Shown here: in pieces, positions 8,889 to 19,267 of the stretch
Numbering within the stretch: position 1 is the stretch's first letter
How the letters are laid out: the number at the start of each line of letters is the position of its first letter
From: Chitinophagales bacterium
GTDB lineage: Bacteria > Bacteroidota > Bacteroidia > Chitinophagales > LD1
Length of the DNA: 64,000 nt
Assembly: GCA_016786765.1 (NCBI GenBank)
Contig: JAEUUZ010000004.1
Location: forward strand, 21,300 to 85,299
Direction: 5' to 3'
The notes under the pieces: model-generated
What the model saw: only the letters and a program-made list of their open reading frames with translations
What the model was told of the DNA's origin: nothing
Databases searched by the model: none
Translations under genes and position numbers: made by a program

Positions 8889-10941
8889 GCGGTTGTGCAT
8901 AGGCAGTTGTTTGTTGGCAATAGTATCGATAGCTTCTGCGCAAGTAAAGCCGGATGACATTTTGTTTTACAGCAAAAGTGCTTCTGCCTTAAAAAGCAAA
9001 GGCAACAAGGCCTTCAGCGATGGAGATTTCCTTTTGGCCCAATTGTATTATGAAGCGTTAAATCAAAAAAAACCAACGGAAAAATACCAACTCCAACTTG
9101 CTAAAACTTATCTTAAAAATAAGTTATATGCCCCTGCCGAAAACATTTTCCAAAAGCTCATAGCGTACGATAAAACCACTGCTCTTTATTTGGCCTACAC
9201 TCAAATTACGCAAGGCAAATACACCGAGGCAAAAAAGAATTTTGAAGCCTTTCGAAAAAGTTCGAAGGGAAAAACGGAAGTAGATGAAGAGCCTCTATAT
9301 AAAAGCGTCCAAACGATTTTAAAAACAGGAGCATACAACAAAAAAGACAGCAGTATTACCCCAAAGATTGTGCGGCTTAACACTAAAGTAAATGGTAAAC
9401 TATCTGAGTTTACTCCATTCTATCTTACCGATACTTCATTTTTTTTCGGCAAAACAACACCCGATGAAGCAGCCTTTTTTTTGAAAACAGATACTTCACA
9501 AAGCAATATTCCTGTACGTAAATACTTTACCGGTCAAATAGGCGAAAACGGTGAGGTGGAGCGCATTTCACCTTGGAGCATAAACAATAACGATAGTTCG
9601 CTTAATTATGGCGGAGCGTGCTTTAATGGCGATAAAAGTGTTTTCTATTTCACACAATGCGAACGAAAATTCAATGCGTTAGAATGCCATATCTATCAAA
9701 CAAAAAAAACAACTGCGGGTTGGAGTAAGCCGGCTCTATTAGAAGGCAAGATAAACACGAATGGTTACTCCAGTGCCCAGCCCAGTCTTGGATACGATAT
9801 AGATAAAAAAGCGGATGTGCTTTATTTCTCATCGAACATGCCCGGAGCTAAAGGGTTTGATATTTACTATGCGATATACGATAAAAGCAGACGACAATTT
9901 GCTACAGTAAGTAAATGCGGACCTAAAGTAAATAGCGCAGGCGATGAGTATACACCATTCTATTCCATTAAAGATTCGTTGCTCTATTTCTCGAGCAATG
10001 GCAAAGGGGGACTTGGCGGACAAGATATCTTTAAAACAAAAGGGAAGTTAAACGTTTGGACAGACGCAGAAGCATTACCTAAACCCATTAATTCGGCTGC
10101 TGATGACGATTATTTCTCCATTAACAATACGCGAGAAAAAGGCTTTTTTGCATCTAACAGAAGTAGTGAGAGCTCAACAACAATAAAGACATGCTGCGAT
10201 GATATTTATGCCTTTTACTTACATCCTGTAGATGAACAAAAAATCAAAGACAGTATTGCTGCATCGTTGCCCAAAGATGTTCTAGTACCATTGAAAATTA
10301 TGTTTGAGAATGGTTTCACTACCAACGACTCTGCTAAGCTTACCGTGTATGAAATGAAAAACGGGAATAGAATTCCATTGTATACTACTTTCATTTCTTC
10401 CACAGATACAGGATTACGTTTTACAGCCGATAAACAATACAAGATTAGTGTAACCAGTAAACATCACTTAACGGAAACCACCGATATTAATCTTGAAAAA
10501 TGGAAGCCATCAACTACGGATACACAATTCGTAACGCCAAAGTTAATCCCGCGTAAACCCATCATCATTCCGGGTATTAATTACGAATTCGACAGTAGCC
10601 GTTTGATTCCGGAATCAATACGAAAAATTGATGAATACATATATCCATTGTTGGTGGAAAATCCAACGTTGACATTCCAGCTCAACTCGCATACCGACAG
10701 TAAAGGAGATGCCAATTACAATCAAAAACTATCGGAGCAACGCGCAAAAAAAGTAGTTGAGTATTTAACACAAGTGAAAGACATTGCTCCTGAACGTTTG
10801 AAATACAAAGGGTACGGAGAAAGCAAACCCATAGCGCCAAACACATTACCCAATGGTGATGATTACCCTGAAGGCAGAGCGCAAAATAGAAGAACAGAAT
10901 TTGAAGTTATTGGAGGGATAGAGCAAATTCAAAACAAGTAA
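8863..10941 (+). CDS. OmpA-family protein with PorE-like architecture (TPR + TolB-like beta-propeller + OmpA_C)
   Basis: N-terminal TPR-like helices. Repeated ...LYFSSN....G..DI(Y/F) PD40-type blades. C-terminal NYEFDSS...NSHTDSKGDANYNQKLSEQRAKKVVEYL...RRTEFEV peptidoglycan-binding OmpA_C motif. Start overlaps the upstream gene by 26 nt. Confidence 0.8.
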   Translation: MVFRAEYIKRLCIGSCLLAIVSIASAQVKPDDILFYSKSASALKSKGNKAFSDGDFLLAQLYYEALNQKKPTEKYQLQLAKTYLKNKLYAPAENIFQKLIAYDKTTALYLAYTQITQGKYTEAKKNFEAFRKSSKGKTEVDEEPLYKSVQTILKTGAYNKKDSSITPKIVRLNTKVNGKLSEFTPFYLTDTSFFFGKTTPDEAAFFLKTDTSQSNIPVRKYFTGQIGENGEVERISPWSINNNDSSLNYGGACFNGDKSVFYFTQCERKFNALECHIYQTKKTTAGWSKPALLEGKINTNGYSSAQPSLGYDIDKKADVLYFSSNMPGAKGFDIYYAIYDKSRRQFATVSKCGPKVNSAGDEYTPFYSIKDSLLYFSSNGKGGLGGQDIFKTKGKLNVWTDAEALPKPINSAADDDYFSINNTREKGFFASNRSSESSTTIKTCCDDIYAFYLHPVDEQKIKDSIAASLPKDVLVPLKIMFENGFTTNDSAKLTVYEMKNGNRIPLYTTFISSTDTGLRFTADKQYKISVTSKHHLTETTDINLEKWKPSTTDTQFVTPKLIPRKPIIIPGINYEFDSSRLIPESIRKIDEYIYPLLVENPTLTFQLNSHTDSKGDANYNQKLSEQRAKKVVEYLTQVKDIAPERLKYKGYGESKPIAPNTLPNGDDYPEGRAQNRRTEFEVIGGIEQIQNK

Positions 10942-10952
10942 CTACAAAAAAA

Positions 10953-10982
10953 ACGTGCTGTCAGATTTATCTAACAGCACGT
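10953..10982. terminator. Bidirectional rho-independent terminator between convergent genes
   Basis: acgtgctgt / acagcacgt 9-bp stem, with an A-run upstream and a T-run downstream. Confidence 0.6.
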
Positions 10983-11002
10983 TTTTCATTCTCAATTCTT
11001 GA

Positions 11003-12142
11003 CTATTTTAGAATTTCTTCCAACTTTCTATCTAACTCCTCTCCTCTTAAATTCTTTGCAATAATTTTTCCGTCTTTATCCAACAAAAATTGTGCAGGAA
11101 TACTCTGAACACCATATTTAGCAGCAGGTTCAGCGCTCCAACCTTTTAAATCGCTTACGTGATTTTCCCAAATTAATCCATCTTGCGCAATGGCACTTGT
11201 CCACCGTGCTTTATCTTGATCTAACGAAACACTATAAACGGTAAAACCTTTCCCTTTATATTTGTTGTAAGCCGCAACAACACTTGGGTTTTCTCTTCGG
11301 CATGGTCCACACCATGAAGCCCAGAAATCAACCAACACTACTTTACCACGCAAAGAAGACAGCTTAATGTTTTTCCCACTCGGAGACGGATAATCTAAAT
11401 CGATAGCAGTAGATCCAATAGCAGTAGCAGATTCAGCCTTTTGCTTCATTTCGGCTGCCTTCATTTGCATCTCAATTTGTGCATAAGCCGATTTCATTTC
11501 TTTGGTGTAATCTGAATTCGGATAGTTTTTTTCCATTAATTTTATGACCTCTCCATTTTCTTTTGGATACTTATTCATTGGCAAAAAACTCACATAATAA
11601 AGTGAAACAAATGGCTCTTTCGAACCGGTTACTCGTGATTTCAAAGTATTCTCAAAGGCTTGTCCTGCCATTTGAATTTGCATGGCAAACTGCTGCAACG
11701 AATCTTGCGATTGACCTGCATTTTGCCTGCGATAGAACTCTTCATTAGCTGCCTGCAACTCCATTTGACGACCACTCACATATTTAACAGCCTCCAACAT
11801 TTCTTTGCTGGCATCAGTTCCCGAAACTGAATAAGCGATTGGGTCTTTAGGATTAGCAGAAAATGTAAAATTGGCATTCTCCAAAAGGAGTATCCAAGCA
11901 TAGTTGTCTACGCGTAGACGATAAAATCCCTTATCGGCATAATTGCTCAATTTAAATTTTCCGTCTTTATCCAAAGTAGCAGAATCAATGGCAATAATTT
12001 GTTGCAGCGATAACTTTTCAAGAATTACTTTCTTCCCGCTAAGATTTTCAATTTTTCCGTCAACAACATATTTAGAGCCTCCACCGGAAGAAGTGCAAGA
12101 GAAAAATGCTGAGAATAATATGACAAACAAAATGTTCTTCAT
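11003..12142 (-). CDS. TlpA/AhpC-family thiol:disulfide oxidoreductase lipoprotein (N-terminal DUF4369-like domain)
   Basis: Lipobox-like LFSAFFSC. Thioredoxin motif DFWASWCGPCRRENP. C-terminal IPAQFLLDKDGKIIAKNLRGEEL. Confidence 0.8.
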   Translation of the reverse strand: MKNILFVILFSAFFSCTSSGGGSKYVVDGKIENLSGKKVILEKLSLQQIIAIDSATLDKDGKFKLSNYADKGFYRLRVDNYAWILLLENANFTFSANPKDPIAYSVSGTDASKEMLEAVKYVSGRQMELQAANEEFYRRQNAGQSQDSLQQFAMQIQMAGQAFENTLKSRVTGSKEPFVSLYYVSFLPMNKYPKENGEVIKLMEKNYPNSDYTKEMKSAYAQIEMQMKAAEMKQKAESATAIGSTAIDLDYPSPSGKNIKLSSLRGKVVLVDFWASWCGPCRRENPSVVAAYNKYKGKGFTVYSVSLDQDKARWTSAIAQDGLIWENHVSDLKGWSAEPAAKYGVQSIPAQFLLDKDGKIIAKNLRGEELDRKLEEILK

Positions 12143-12171
12143 GTACTATTTTTATGTTTTAAAAAATCGTG

Positions 12172-13626
12172 TTAATTTTCTAATAATTCGTTTAATAATT
12201 TATTGGTCACTTTCGGATCGGCCTTACCTTTAGAAGCTTTCATCACTTCGCCTACGAAAAGCCCCATCAATCCTTTTTTTCCGGCTTTATATTCTTCTAC
12301 TTTTGCAGGCATTGAAGACAAAACTTGTGCTACTAATTCCTTAATCATACCCTCGTCAGAATTTTGTAACAAATTCAATTCTTCCGCAATTTGGAGAGGC
12401 GACTTTGCAGGTGCAACAATCATCTCCGGAAAAATCTTTTGTGAAGCCACCGAAAAGTTAGTTTTCCCACTATCAATTAATGCTATCAAATCGGCTAATG
12501 CTTGAGGTTTCAATACAAATTGCGAAATCTCTAAACCGTTTTCATTTAAAAATGATTTCACAGGACCTAAAACCCAATTGGAAGCGGCTTTGTAATTGGA
12601 AGTTAGCTTCAATAAGTCATTAAAATAAAAGGCTAAATCTTTATCATCTGTAATTACAGTAGCATCATACAACGGCAATCCGAAATGGTTAACATACTCT
12701 GAAATCAACTGTTTCGGAAGCTTAGGCATATTTGCTCTAACGTCCTGAATATAAGCATCAGTAATAACAACCGGTGGTAAATCCGGTTCCGGGAAATAAC
12801 GATAATCGTGCGCAAATTCCTTTGAACGTTGGCCGAGTGTTTTCCCGGTATTGGCATCAAAGCCCCGTGTTTCTTGCACAACAACTCCTCCTTCCTCTAC
12901 TAAGTCGACCTGACGAATAAACTCTGCTTCAATAGCGCGTTTCACGTTTCGAATGGAGTTCATATTTTTCACCTCTACCCGTGTATTCAAAATCGTTTCA
13001 CCTACTTTACGAATTGAAATATTCGCATCGCAACGCATACTCCCTTCTTCTAGATTTCCATCACAAATTTCTAAAAACCGAACCAGCTTACGCACCTCTG
13101 TAAGATATTGATATGCCTCGTCACTACTGCGAATGTCAGGTTCTGTAACAATTTCAACTAATGGTACACCTGCTCTATTCAAATCCACTAAGGTGAAAAA
13201 AGGGTCCAAATCATGTGTTGATTTTCCGGCATCTTCTTCCATGTGAATGCGATGAATACGCACTGTTTTTTCTTCGCCATTCACTTCGAATTTCAGAAAT
13301 CCATTCGTACAAATAGGCGTTTTGTCTTGTGTAATTTGATAACCTTTTGGTAAATCGGCATAGAAATAATTCTTACGTGCAAACTCGTTTACCTCTCGAA
13401 TTTCGCCATCCATAGCTAATCCTATTTTAACAGCAGCAGCAACAGCAGCTTTATTTACACGCGGTAATGTACCGGGATGGCCCAATGAAAGTGGACTCAC
13501 TTGTGTATTAGGAGATGCGCCAAATTCAGTAGAATCGCCACAATACATTTTGCTCTTAGTCGATAATTGAGCGTGAACCTCCAGCCCAATTACTAATTCA
13601 TATTTACTGTATTTATCGTCACTCAT
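12172..13626 (-). CDS. gatB: Asp-tRNA(Asn)/Glu-tRNA(Gln) amidotransferase subunit B
   Basis: YELVIGLEVHAQL, PGTLPRVN, ARKNYFYADLPKGYQITQ, and a C-terminal YqeY-like tail. Full length, 484 aa. Confidence 0.95.
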   Translation of the reverse strand: MSDDKYSKYELVIGLEVHAQLSTKSKMYCGDSTEFGASPNTQVSPLSLGHPGTLPRVNKAAVAAAVKIGLAMDGEIREVNEFARKNYFYADLPKGYQITQDKTPICTNGFLKFEVNGEEKTVRIHRIHMEEDAGKSTHDLDPFFTLVDLNRAGVPLVEIVTEPDIRSSDEAYQYLTEVRKLVRFLEICDGNLEEGSMRCDANISIRKVGETILNTRVEVKNMNSIRNVKRAIEAEFIRQVDLVEEGGVVVQETRGFDANTGKTLGQRSKEFAHDYRYFPEPDLPPVVITDAYIQDVRANMPKLPKQLISEYVNHFGLPLYDATVITDDKDLAFYFNDLLKLTSNYKAASNWVLGPVKSFLNENGLEISQFVLKPQALADLIALIDSGKTNFSVASQKIFPEMIVAPAKSPLQIAEELNLLQNSDEGMIKELVAQVLSSMPAKVEEYKAGKKGLMGLFVGEVMKASKGKADPKVTNKLLNELLEN

Positions 13627-13638
13627 AATCTCTCTAAA

Positions 13639-16287
13639 TTAAATCTTTTCTTTAACAGCATTCAAAAATTGTGTTAAGCCGTCTACATTCGTACCTCCGG
13701 CACTAGCGTAAAATGACTGTCCTCCCCCACCGCCTTTGATAATTGGCGATAATTCTTTTATCCATGCACCGGCACTTAAACCTTTTGCTTTCGATAATTC
13801 TTCTTCAATCATAATATGCACATTGGCTTTGCCATTGATACTTGCTCCAAGAACGAACACGAAATTCTTCACTTCGCTTTTCAGCATGTACACTAAATTT
13901 TTCAATGCATCGTTATTGCCTATTTCAACCAATTCTGCAATTACATTTACACCATTTACCACTTGAATTTTCTGAAGCAATTGATTTTTCAATTCAACTA
14001 CTTGCTTAGCTGCAATTTCTTCAGCTTCTTTCTTGAGTGCTTTATTTTCATTGACTAAATCATCAATAGATTTCAAAATATTTTTTGAGTTATTAAGCGC
14101 CACCTTCACATTAGCCAATTCGCTAATTGCATCGTTAGCCAATTGTAATGCTTTTCTACCGGTTACCGCTTCAATCCTGCGTACCCCTGCTGCTACAGAA
14201 CCTTCAGATGTTATTTTAAACAAACCAATAACACCTGTTGCAGGCACATGACAACCTCCACATAACTCGCGCGAGAAGTGTTCATCAAAAGTTATCACGC
14301 GAACATATTCACCATACTTTTCACCGAACAACATGGTAGCCCCTAGTTTCTCTGCATCAGCAATAGCAACGTTTCTGCGCTCATCTAGCACGATGTTTTG
14401 CATGATCTTTTCGTTCACAATTTGTTCTACTTTTGCAATTTCCTCATCGGTAACTTTTGCAAAATGCGAGAAATCAAAACGCAATGTATCGGGTGTTACC
14501 AAAGAACCTTTTTGTTGTACATGTGTTCCCAACACCTCACGCAGTGCAGCTTGCAATAAGTGAGTAGCCGAGTGATTACGTGTAGTATCTGTACGCTTTT
14601 GTAAATTAATTTTTGCATCTACTGCTGCATCCGTTTTTGCAGGAAGTTTTTTTGCGAAGTGAATAATCAAATCGTTTTCCTTCTTAGTATCAAACACATC
14701 AATTTTTTCTCCGGCAAAATCCAAATAACCTGAATCACCAATCTGTCCGCCACTTTCAGCATAGAAAGGTGTCTTATCTAACACCAACTGATATATATCG
14801 GTGTCTTTCACTTTCGTTTTACGATACTTCACTAAATGTGATTTTACTTCAAACGAATCGTAGCCCAAAAATTCTGTTTTCACATCATCAGCCACTTGCA
14901 CCCAGTCCGACTGCTCCGTTTCAGCCGCTTTACGCGATCTATTTTTCTGGATTTGCAATTCTGTTTCGAATTCAACTTCATCTACCGTAAATCCTTTCTC
15001 CGCTGCTAATAGTTTAGTTAGATCTAAAGGAAATCCGTAGGTGTCAAACAATTCAAAAGCAACTTTCCCCGGAACAATTGTAGAACCATTCATTTCTTTT
15101 TCAATTGCTTCAAAACGCTTGATACCATGGCTTAATGTTCTCAAGAATGATGTTTCCTCTTCCAAAATCACTTTTGCCACAAACGCTTCCTGAGCTTTCA
15201 ACTCAGGGAAAATAGATGCGAATTGATTGGCCACTAAACCCACTAACTCGTGTAAGAATGGAGTTTCGAAATGCAATGCAGAATAGCCATACCGAACGGC
15301 TCTTCTTAAAATCCTGCGAATCACATAACCCGCACCGGTATTGGAAGGGAGCTGTCCATCAGCAATCGTAAACGAAATGGTTCGAATATGATCGGCAATT
15401 ACTCGCATAGCAATATCTTGTTTCACACAATTACCACAAATTGATGCATTGGTAGATTCTGTGAAATGATACTCAATACCCGATTTTTTTGAAATGAATT
15501 CAATGGTCGGCATAAAAATATCGGTATCATAGTTCGATGTTTTACCGTGAATAGCGCGCACTAAACGTTCAAATCCCATTCCGGTATCCACGTGTTTATC
15601 GGGCAGTGGAACCAAGGATTTATCGGCTTTTCGCTCGAACTGCATAAATACGTTATTCCAAATTTCAATAACTTGCGGATGATCGTTGTTCACTAAATCA
15701 GCTCCGGGAATTTGTTGGCGTTCTTCATCACTTCGTAAATCGATATGAATTTCTGAACACGGTCCACAAGGACCTGTATCGCCCATTTCCCAGAAGTTAT
15801 CTTTCTTGTTGCCGCGTAAAATTCGCTCTTCAGCTATCCATTTTTTCCATTCGTCAAAAGCCTCTTGATCGAAAGGTAAATTCTCTTTCGCATCGCCTTC
15901 GAAAACAGTTACATACAAGCGAGTCTTATCTAATTTGTAAACAGAAGTCAATAATTCCCAAGCCCACTCAATAGCTTCCTTTTTGAAATAATCACCAAAG
16001 CTCCAATTACCAAGCATTTCAAACATGGTGTGGTGATAGGTATCTACCCCAACTTCTTCCAAATCGTTATGCTTTCCGGAAACACGCAAACACTTTTGTG
16101 TATCAGCAATGCGCTTAGATGGTGGCGTTCCGTTACCCAAAAAATATTCTTTGAAAGGCGCCATACCTGAATTAATGAACAATAAGGTGGGGTCGTTTTT
16201 CACCACAATGGGAGCAGAAGGCACAATTTTATGGCCTTTACTTTCAAAAAAATCTAAAAAAGCTTTTCGAATTTCGGTTGATGTCAT
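13639..16287 (-). CDS. alaS: Alanine--tRNA ligase
   Basis: MTSTEIRKAFLDFFESKGHKIVPSAPIV, FEMLGNWSFGDYFK, editing-domain HSATHLL and CGGCHV, C-terminal DHHA1. 882 aa. Confidence 0.97.
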   Translation of the reverse strand: MTSTEIRKAFLDFFESKGHKIVPSAPIVVKNDPTLLFINSGMAPFKEYFLGNGTPPSKRIADTQKCLRVSGKHNDLEEVGVDTYHHTMFEMLGNWSFGDYFKKEAIEWAWELLTSVYKLDKTRLYVTVFEGDAKENLPFDQEAFDEWKKWIAEERILRGNKKDNFWEMGDTGPCGPCSEIHIDLRSDEERQQIPGADLVNNDHPQVIEIWNNVFMQFERKADKSLVPLPDKHVDTGMGFERLVRAIHGKTSNYDTDIFMPTIEFISKKSGIEYHFTESTNASICGNCVKQDIAMRVIADHIRTISFTIADGQLPSNTGAGYVIRRILRRAVRYGYSALHFETPFLHELVGLVANQFASIFPELKAQEAFVAKVILEEETSFLRTLSHGIKRFEAIEKEMNGSTIVPGKVAFELFDTYGFPLDLTKLLAAEKGFTVDEVEFETELQIQKNRSRKAAETEQSDWVQVADDVKTEFLGYDSFEVKSHLVKYRKTKVKDTDIYQLVLDKTPFYAESGGQIGDSGYLDFAGEKIDVFDTKKENDLIIHFAKKLPAKTDAAVDAKINLQKRTDTTRNHSATHLLQAALREVLGTHVQQKGSLVTPDTLRFDFSHFAKVTDEEIAKVEQIVNEKIMQNIVLDERRNVAIADAEKLGATMLFGEKYGEYVRVITFDEHFSRELCGGCHVPATGVIGLFKITSEGSVAAGVRRIEAVTGRKALQLANDAISELANVKVALNNSKNILKSIDDLVNENKALKKEAEEIAAKQVVELKNQLLQKIQVVNGVNVIAELVEIGNNDALKNLVYMLKSEVKNFVFVLGASINGKANVHIMIEEELSKAKGLSAGAWIKELSPIIKGGGGGQSFYASAGGTNVDGLTQFLNAVKEKI

Positions 16288-16351
16288 GATAGTTTCGTTC
16301 GTCTGAGTTTTTATATTAATTTGGCTTTTCGCCTGTATCCTAAAAGGAGGG

Positions 16352-17374
16352 GTGAATTTAGCAGAATTGTACTATTTTTTATCTGAAAAGATGTTTAAAA
16401 GGAATAAAAACGAGAAGTTTGTCTTCAACGCACAAACACTGAAATACGAAAAAGCAGTAGTGAGCTTTGGTTCGCGATTGTTGCGTGTGCTCGGCTTTAT
16501 CATCGCGTCTTTGGTATTTTCGCTTATCATTTCGTCTATAGCCTATATGTTTATTGACTCTCCGAAAGAACGTATCTTACGCAGCGAGTTAAATGGGTTG
16601 AAACAACAATACAATGTGTTAGACAATGAAGTGAGTCGATTAAACGATGTTTTGGAAGGCTTACACTACCGCGACAATAGCATTTACCGTGTAATTTTCG
16701 AATCGGAACCTATTTCCAATGACGAGTGGCAGGCGGGTTCAGGGGGCGTTAATAAGTACAAGAACTTGGAAAAGTATGATAACTCCGAGTTAATGATAGA
16801 TATTTCTAAGCGCGTAGATAAGCTTAAAAAGCAGATGACGATTCAATCGGCATCGTATGATAATATTACTGAATTGGTAAAAGGTAAAGAGCAAATGTTG
16901 GCTTCCATTCCATCCATTCAACCCGTTTCGAATAAAGATTTAAATCGGGTAGCATCAGGATTTGGAGTGCGTATCGACCCGGTGTATAAAGTGCCAAAAT
17001 TCCATGCAGGATTGGATTTCACGGCACCTACAGGAACTGAAATTTATGCCACCGGAGATGGCGTTGTGGAGCTTGTAGAATTCAATTATGGCGGTTATGG
17101 TAATCAGGTGATAATCAATCACGGATATGGCTATAGAACAAGATATGGCCACATGTCACGGTTTGCTGTACGTAAGGGACAAAAGATTAAACGTGGCGAA
17201 AAAGTAGGCTTTGTTGGAAGTACAGGAAAATCTACAGGACCACACTTACATTATGAAGTATTGAAAGACGATAATCCAATTAATCCGATTTATTTCTTCT
17301 ACAACGATTTGAATGATGCTATGTTTGCTAAAATTATTGAGCAAACGAAAAATGCCGGACAAACGCTCGATTAA
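16352..17374 (+). CDS. M23-family peptidoglycan metalloendopeptidase, membrane-anchored
   Basis: One N-terminal TM helix, a coiled-coil, then FHAGLDF...GYGNQVIINHGYGYRTRYGHMS...GSTGKSTGPHLHYEV (HxxxD/HxH). The listed start is GTG; an ATG at 16391 is a plausible alternative. Confidence 0.88.
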   Translation: MNLAELYYFLSEKMFKRNKNEKFVFNAQTLKYEKAVVSFGSRLLRVLGFIIASLVFSLIISSIAYMFIDSPKERILRSELNGLKQQYNVLDNEVSRLNDVLEGLHYRDNSIYRVIFESEPISNDEWQAGSGGVNKYKNLEKYDNSELMIDISKRVDKLKKQMTIQSASYDNITELVKGKEQMLASIPSIQPVSNKDLNRVASGFGVRIDPVYKVPKFHAGLDFTAPTGTEIYATGDGVVELVEFNYGGYGNQVIINHGYGYRTRYGHMSRFAVRKGQKIKRGEKVGFVGSTGKSTGPHLHYEVLKDDNPINPIYFFYNDLNDAMFAKIIEQTKNAGQTLD

Positions 17375-17398
17375 TCTCATCTAAAGACTTCAATTAAC

Positions 17399-17731
17399 GT
17401 GGCTTACAAAGAAAAAGACATAGAAAAACTGTACTACTCTATTGGAGAAGTGGCTGATATGTTAGGCGTAAATGCCTCTTTGTTGCGCTATTGGGAAAGT
17501 GAATTCCCTGAACTTCAGGTGCGCAAAGACCGTAATGGAGTACGTTTGTTTACAAAACAAGATATAGAGACGGTTAAAAGCATTTACCATTTGGTAAAAG
17601 AGAAAGGATATACTATTGAAGGAGCAAAGGTGCAACTGAAAAACAACTCTTCCCCTGCAGATAAAACCAAATTGATAGCATCGCTTAAAGCGGTTAAAAA
17701 ACTATTAGAAGGGATTCGTGATGGCCTTTAA
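17399..17731 (+). CDS. MerR-family transcriptional regulator (small, N-terminal HTH)
   Basis: YYSIGEVADMLGVNASLLRYWESEFPEL......NG.R.FT..DIE matches the MerR HTH. GTG start. Confidence 0.8.
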   Translation: MAYKEKDIEKLYYSIGEVADMLGVNASLLRYWESEFPELQVRKDRNGVRLFTKQDIETVKSIYHLVKEKGYTIEGAKVQLKNNSSPADKTKLIASLKAVKKLLEGIRDGL

Positions 17732-17779
17732 TAGGCAAATACAGGAACAATAGCCGCCACTTTTCACTAAATATAGCCT

Positions 17780-19267
17780 TCAATTTAGGTCTTCTTCCGT
17801 AAAATCTGAACTACCTCCAGAAAGCATAGAGCCAAATAAGTCTTTAAACTGCACTCCTTTTTCTAAAGTAGCTTTACCCAACTGAGAATGTTCGGCTAAA
17901 CCATGCAACACAAATTCTTTCATCACATACTTTTCGTTTTTTGAAAGATGAGGGATGTATTGCGTAACTAAATCTTCCAAAGCTGGTATAGAATCAAGTA
18001 TTTTGCAATAAGTAGCATTGTCATCATTTATCATGATATCCACTACATTGTTTTCTGAAAACCAATCCAGTATTTTTTGGTAAGGCGATATTTGCTTTTT
18101 CTTTTTAAGCTTGGAGGGGTCTGGAAAATGTTTCACAAAATAGCTTCGAATAGCCTTGCTGATTAGAATTTGAGCGACTACTGCGCTTCCTTCTTGTTCC
18201 CCTTCATACACTAATTCAATTTTACCGTTCACAGCAGAAACTACTCCGCTTAAATCAGATACACGGGCAAATGTTTGTGATTCCCCATTTAGCAACATTC
18301 TTCTTTCGGCTGTACTCGCTAAATTTTCATATGCAGAAATGGTAAGACGTGCACTTACGCCACTTTTGTGATCTACAAATTCACTCACTCGTGCTTCAAA
18401 CGAAATTCCCTCAATTAATACTTTTAGCAGTTCTGGAATTTCAATATTTTGTTTCTGGCTCGCAGTCAATTTCGCTTCTTGTTCTGTTATCCTTTTACCT
18501 AACTCGATAGATGTAGGATAATGAGTCAAAATTTGAGAGCCAATTCGATCTTTCAAGGGGGTTACAATGCTTCCGCGATTTGTATAGTCTTCGGGGTTGG
18601 CGGTAAATAAAAACTGAATATCAAGTGGCACTCGCAATTTAAAACCACGTATCTGTATATCTCCTTCCTGCAAAATATTAAATAACGCAACCTGAATGCG
18701 CGGTTGCAAATCGGGTAGTTCATTAATGACAAAAATGAAACGGTTGCTACGTGGTATCATGCCAAAGTGAATTACTCTTTCATCGGCATAACTCAATTTT
18801 AGGTTAGCCGCTTTGATAGGGTCTACATCACCAATTAAATCGGCTACACTTACGTCAGGAGTGGCCAATTTCTCTGAATAACGTTCGCTGCGGTGAATCC
18901 ATCCGATTGGAGTAGCATCTCCTTTTTCTTTAATTAAATCAACAGCATATTTCGAAATAGGGCTCAACGGGTCATCATTTAATTCACTGCCCGAAACTAC
19001 AGGAATGTATTCATCTAAAAGTTCCGTCATTTGACGTGCGATTCTAGTTTTGGCTTGGCCACGCAAACCCAATAAATTAATATTATGCCGCGAGAGAATA
19101 GCTCGTTCAATATCTGGAATCACAGTATCATCATAACCAAGAATACCTTTAAAAAGTTGCTCTTTCGTTTTTAGCTTGGCAATTAGATTATCGCGCAGTT
19201 CATCCTTAATGGATTTGGAGATATAACCGCTTTGCTTCAGTTCTCCAAGTGTTTTCAACTCTATCAT
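17780..19267 (-). CDS. ChlI/BchI-like AAA+ ATPase (uncharacterised clade)
   Basis: Walker A GLRGQAKT. The Walker B position reads FIFVINELPDL (NE, not DE). Then ...FLFTANPEDY, as in the Mg-chelatase I-subunit family. ATGA overlap with the upstream VWA gene. Confidence 0.7.
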   Translation of the reverse strand: MIELKTLGELKQSGYISKSIKDELRDNLIAKLKTKEQLFKGILGYDDTVIPDIERAILSRHNINLLGLRGQAKTRIARQMTELLDEYIPVVSGSELNDDPLSPISKYAVDLIKEKGDATPIGWIHRSERYSEKLATPDVSVADLIGDVDPIKAANLKLSYADERVIHFGMIPRSNRFIFVINELPDLQPRIQVALFNILQEGDIQIRGFKLRVPLDIQFLFTANPEDYTNRGSIVTPLKDRIGSQILTHYPTSIELGKRITEQEAKLTASQKQNIEIPELLKVLIEGISFEARVSEFVDHKSGVSARLTISAYENLASTAERRMLLNGESQTFARVSDLSGVVSAVNGKIELVYEGEQEGSAVVAQILISKAIRSYFVKHFPDPSKLKKKKQISPYQKILDWFSENNVVDIMINDDNATYCKILDSIPALEDLVTQYIPHLSKNEKYVMKEFVLHGLAEHSQLGKATLEKGVQFKDLFGSMLSGGSSDFTEEDLN

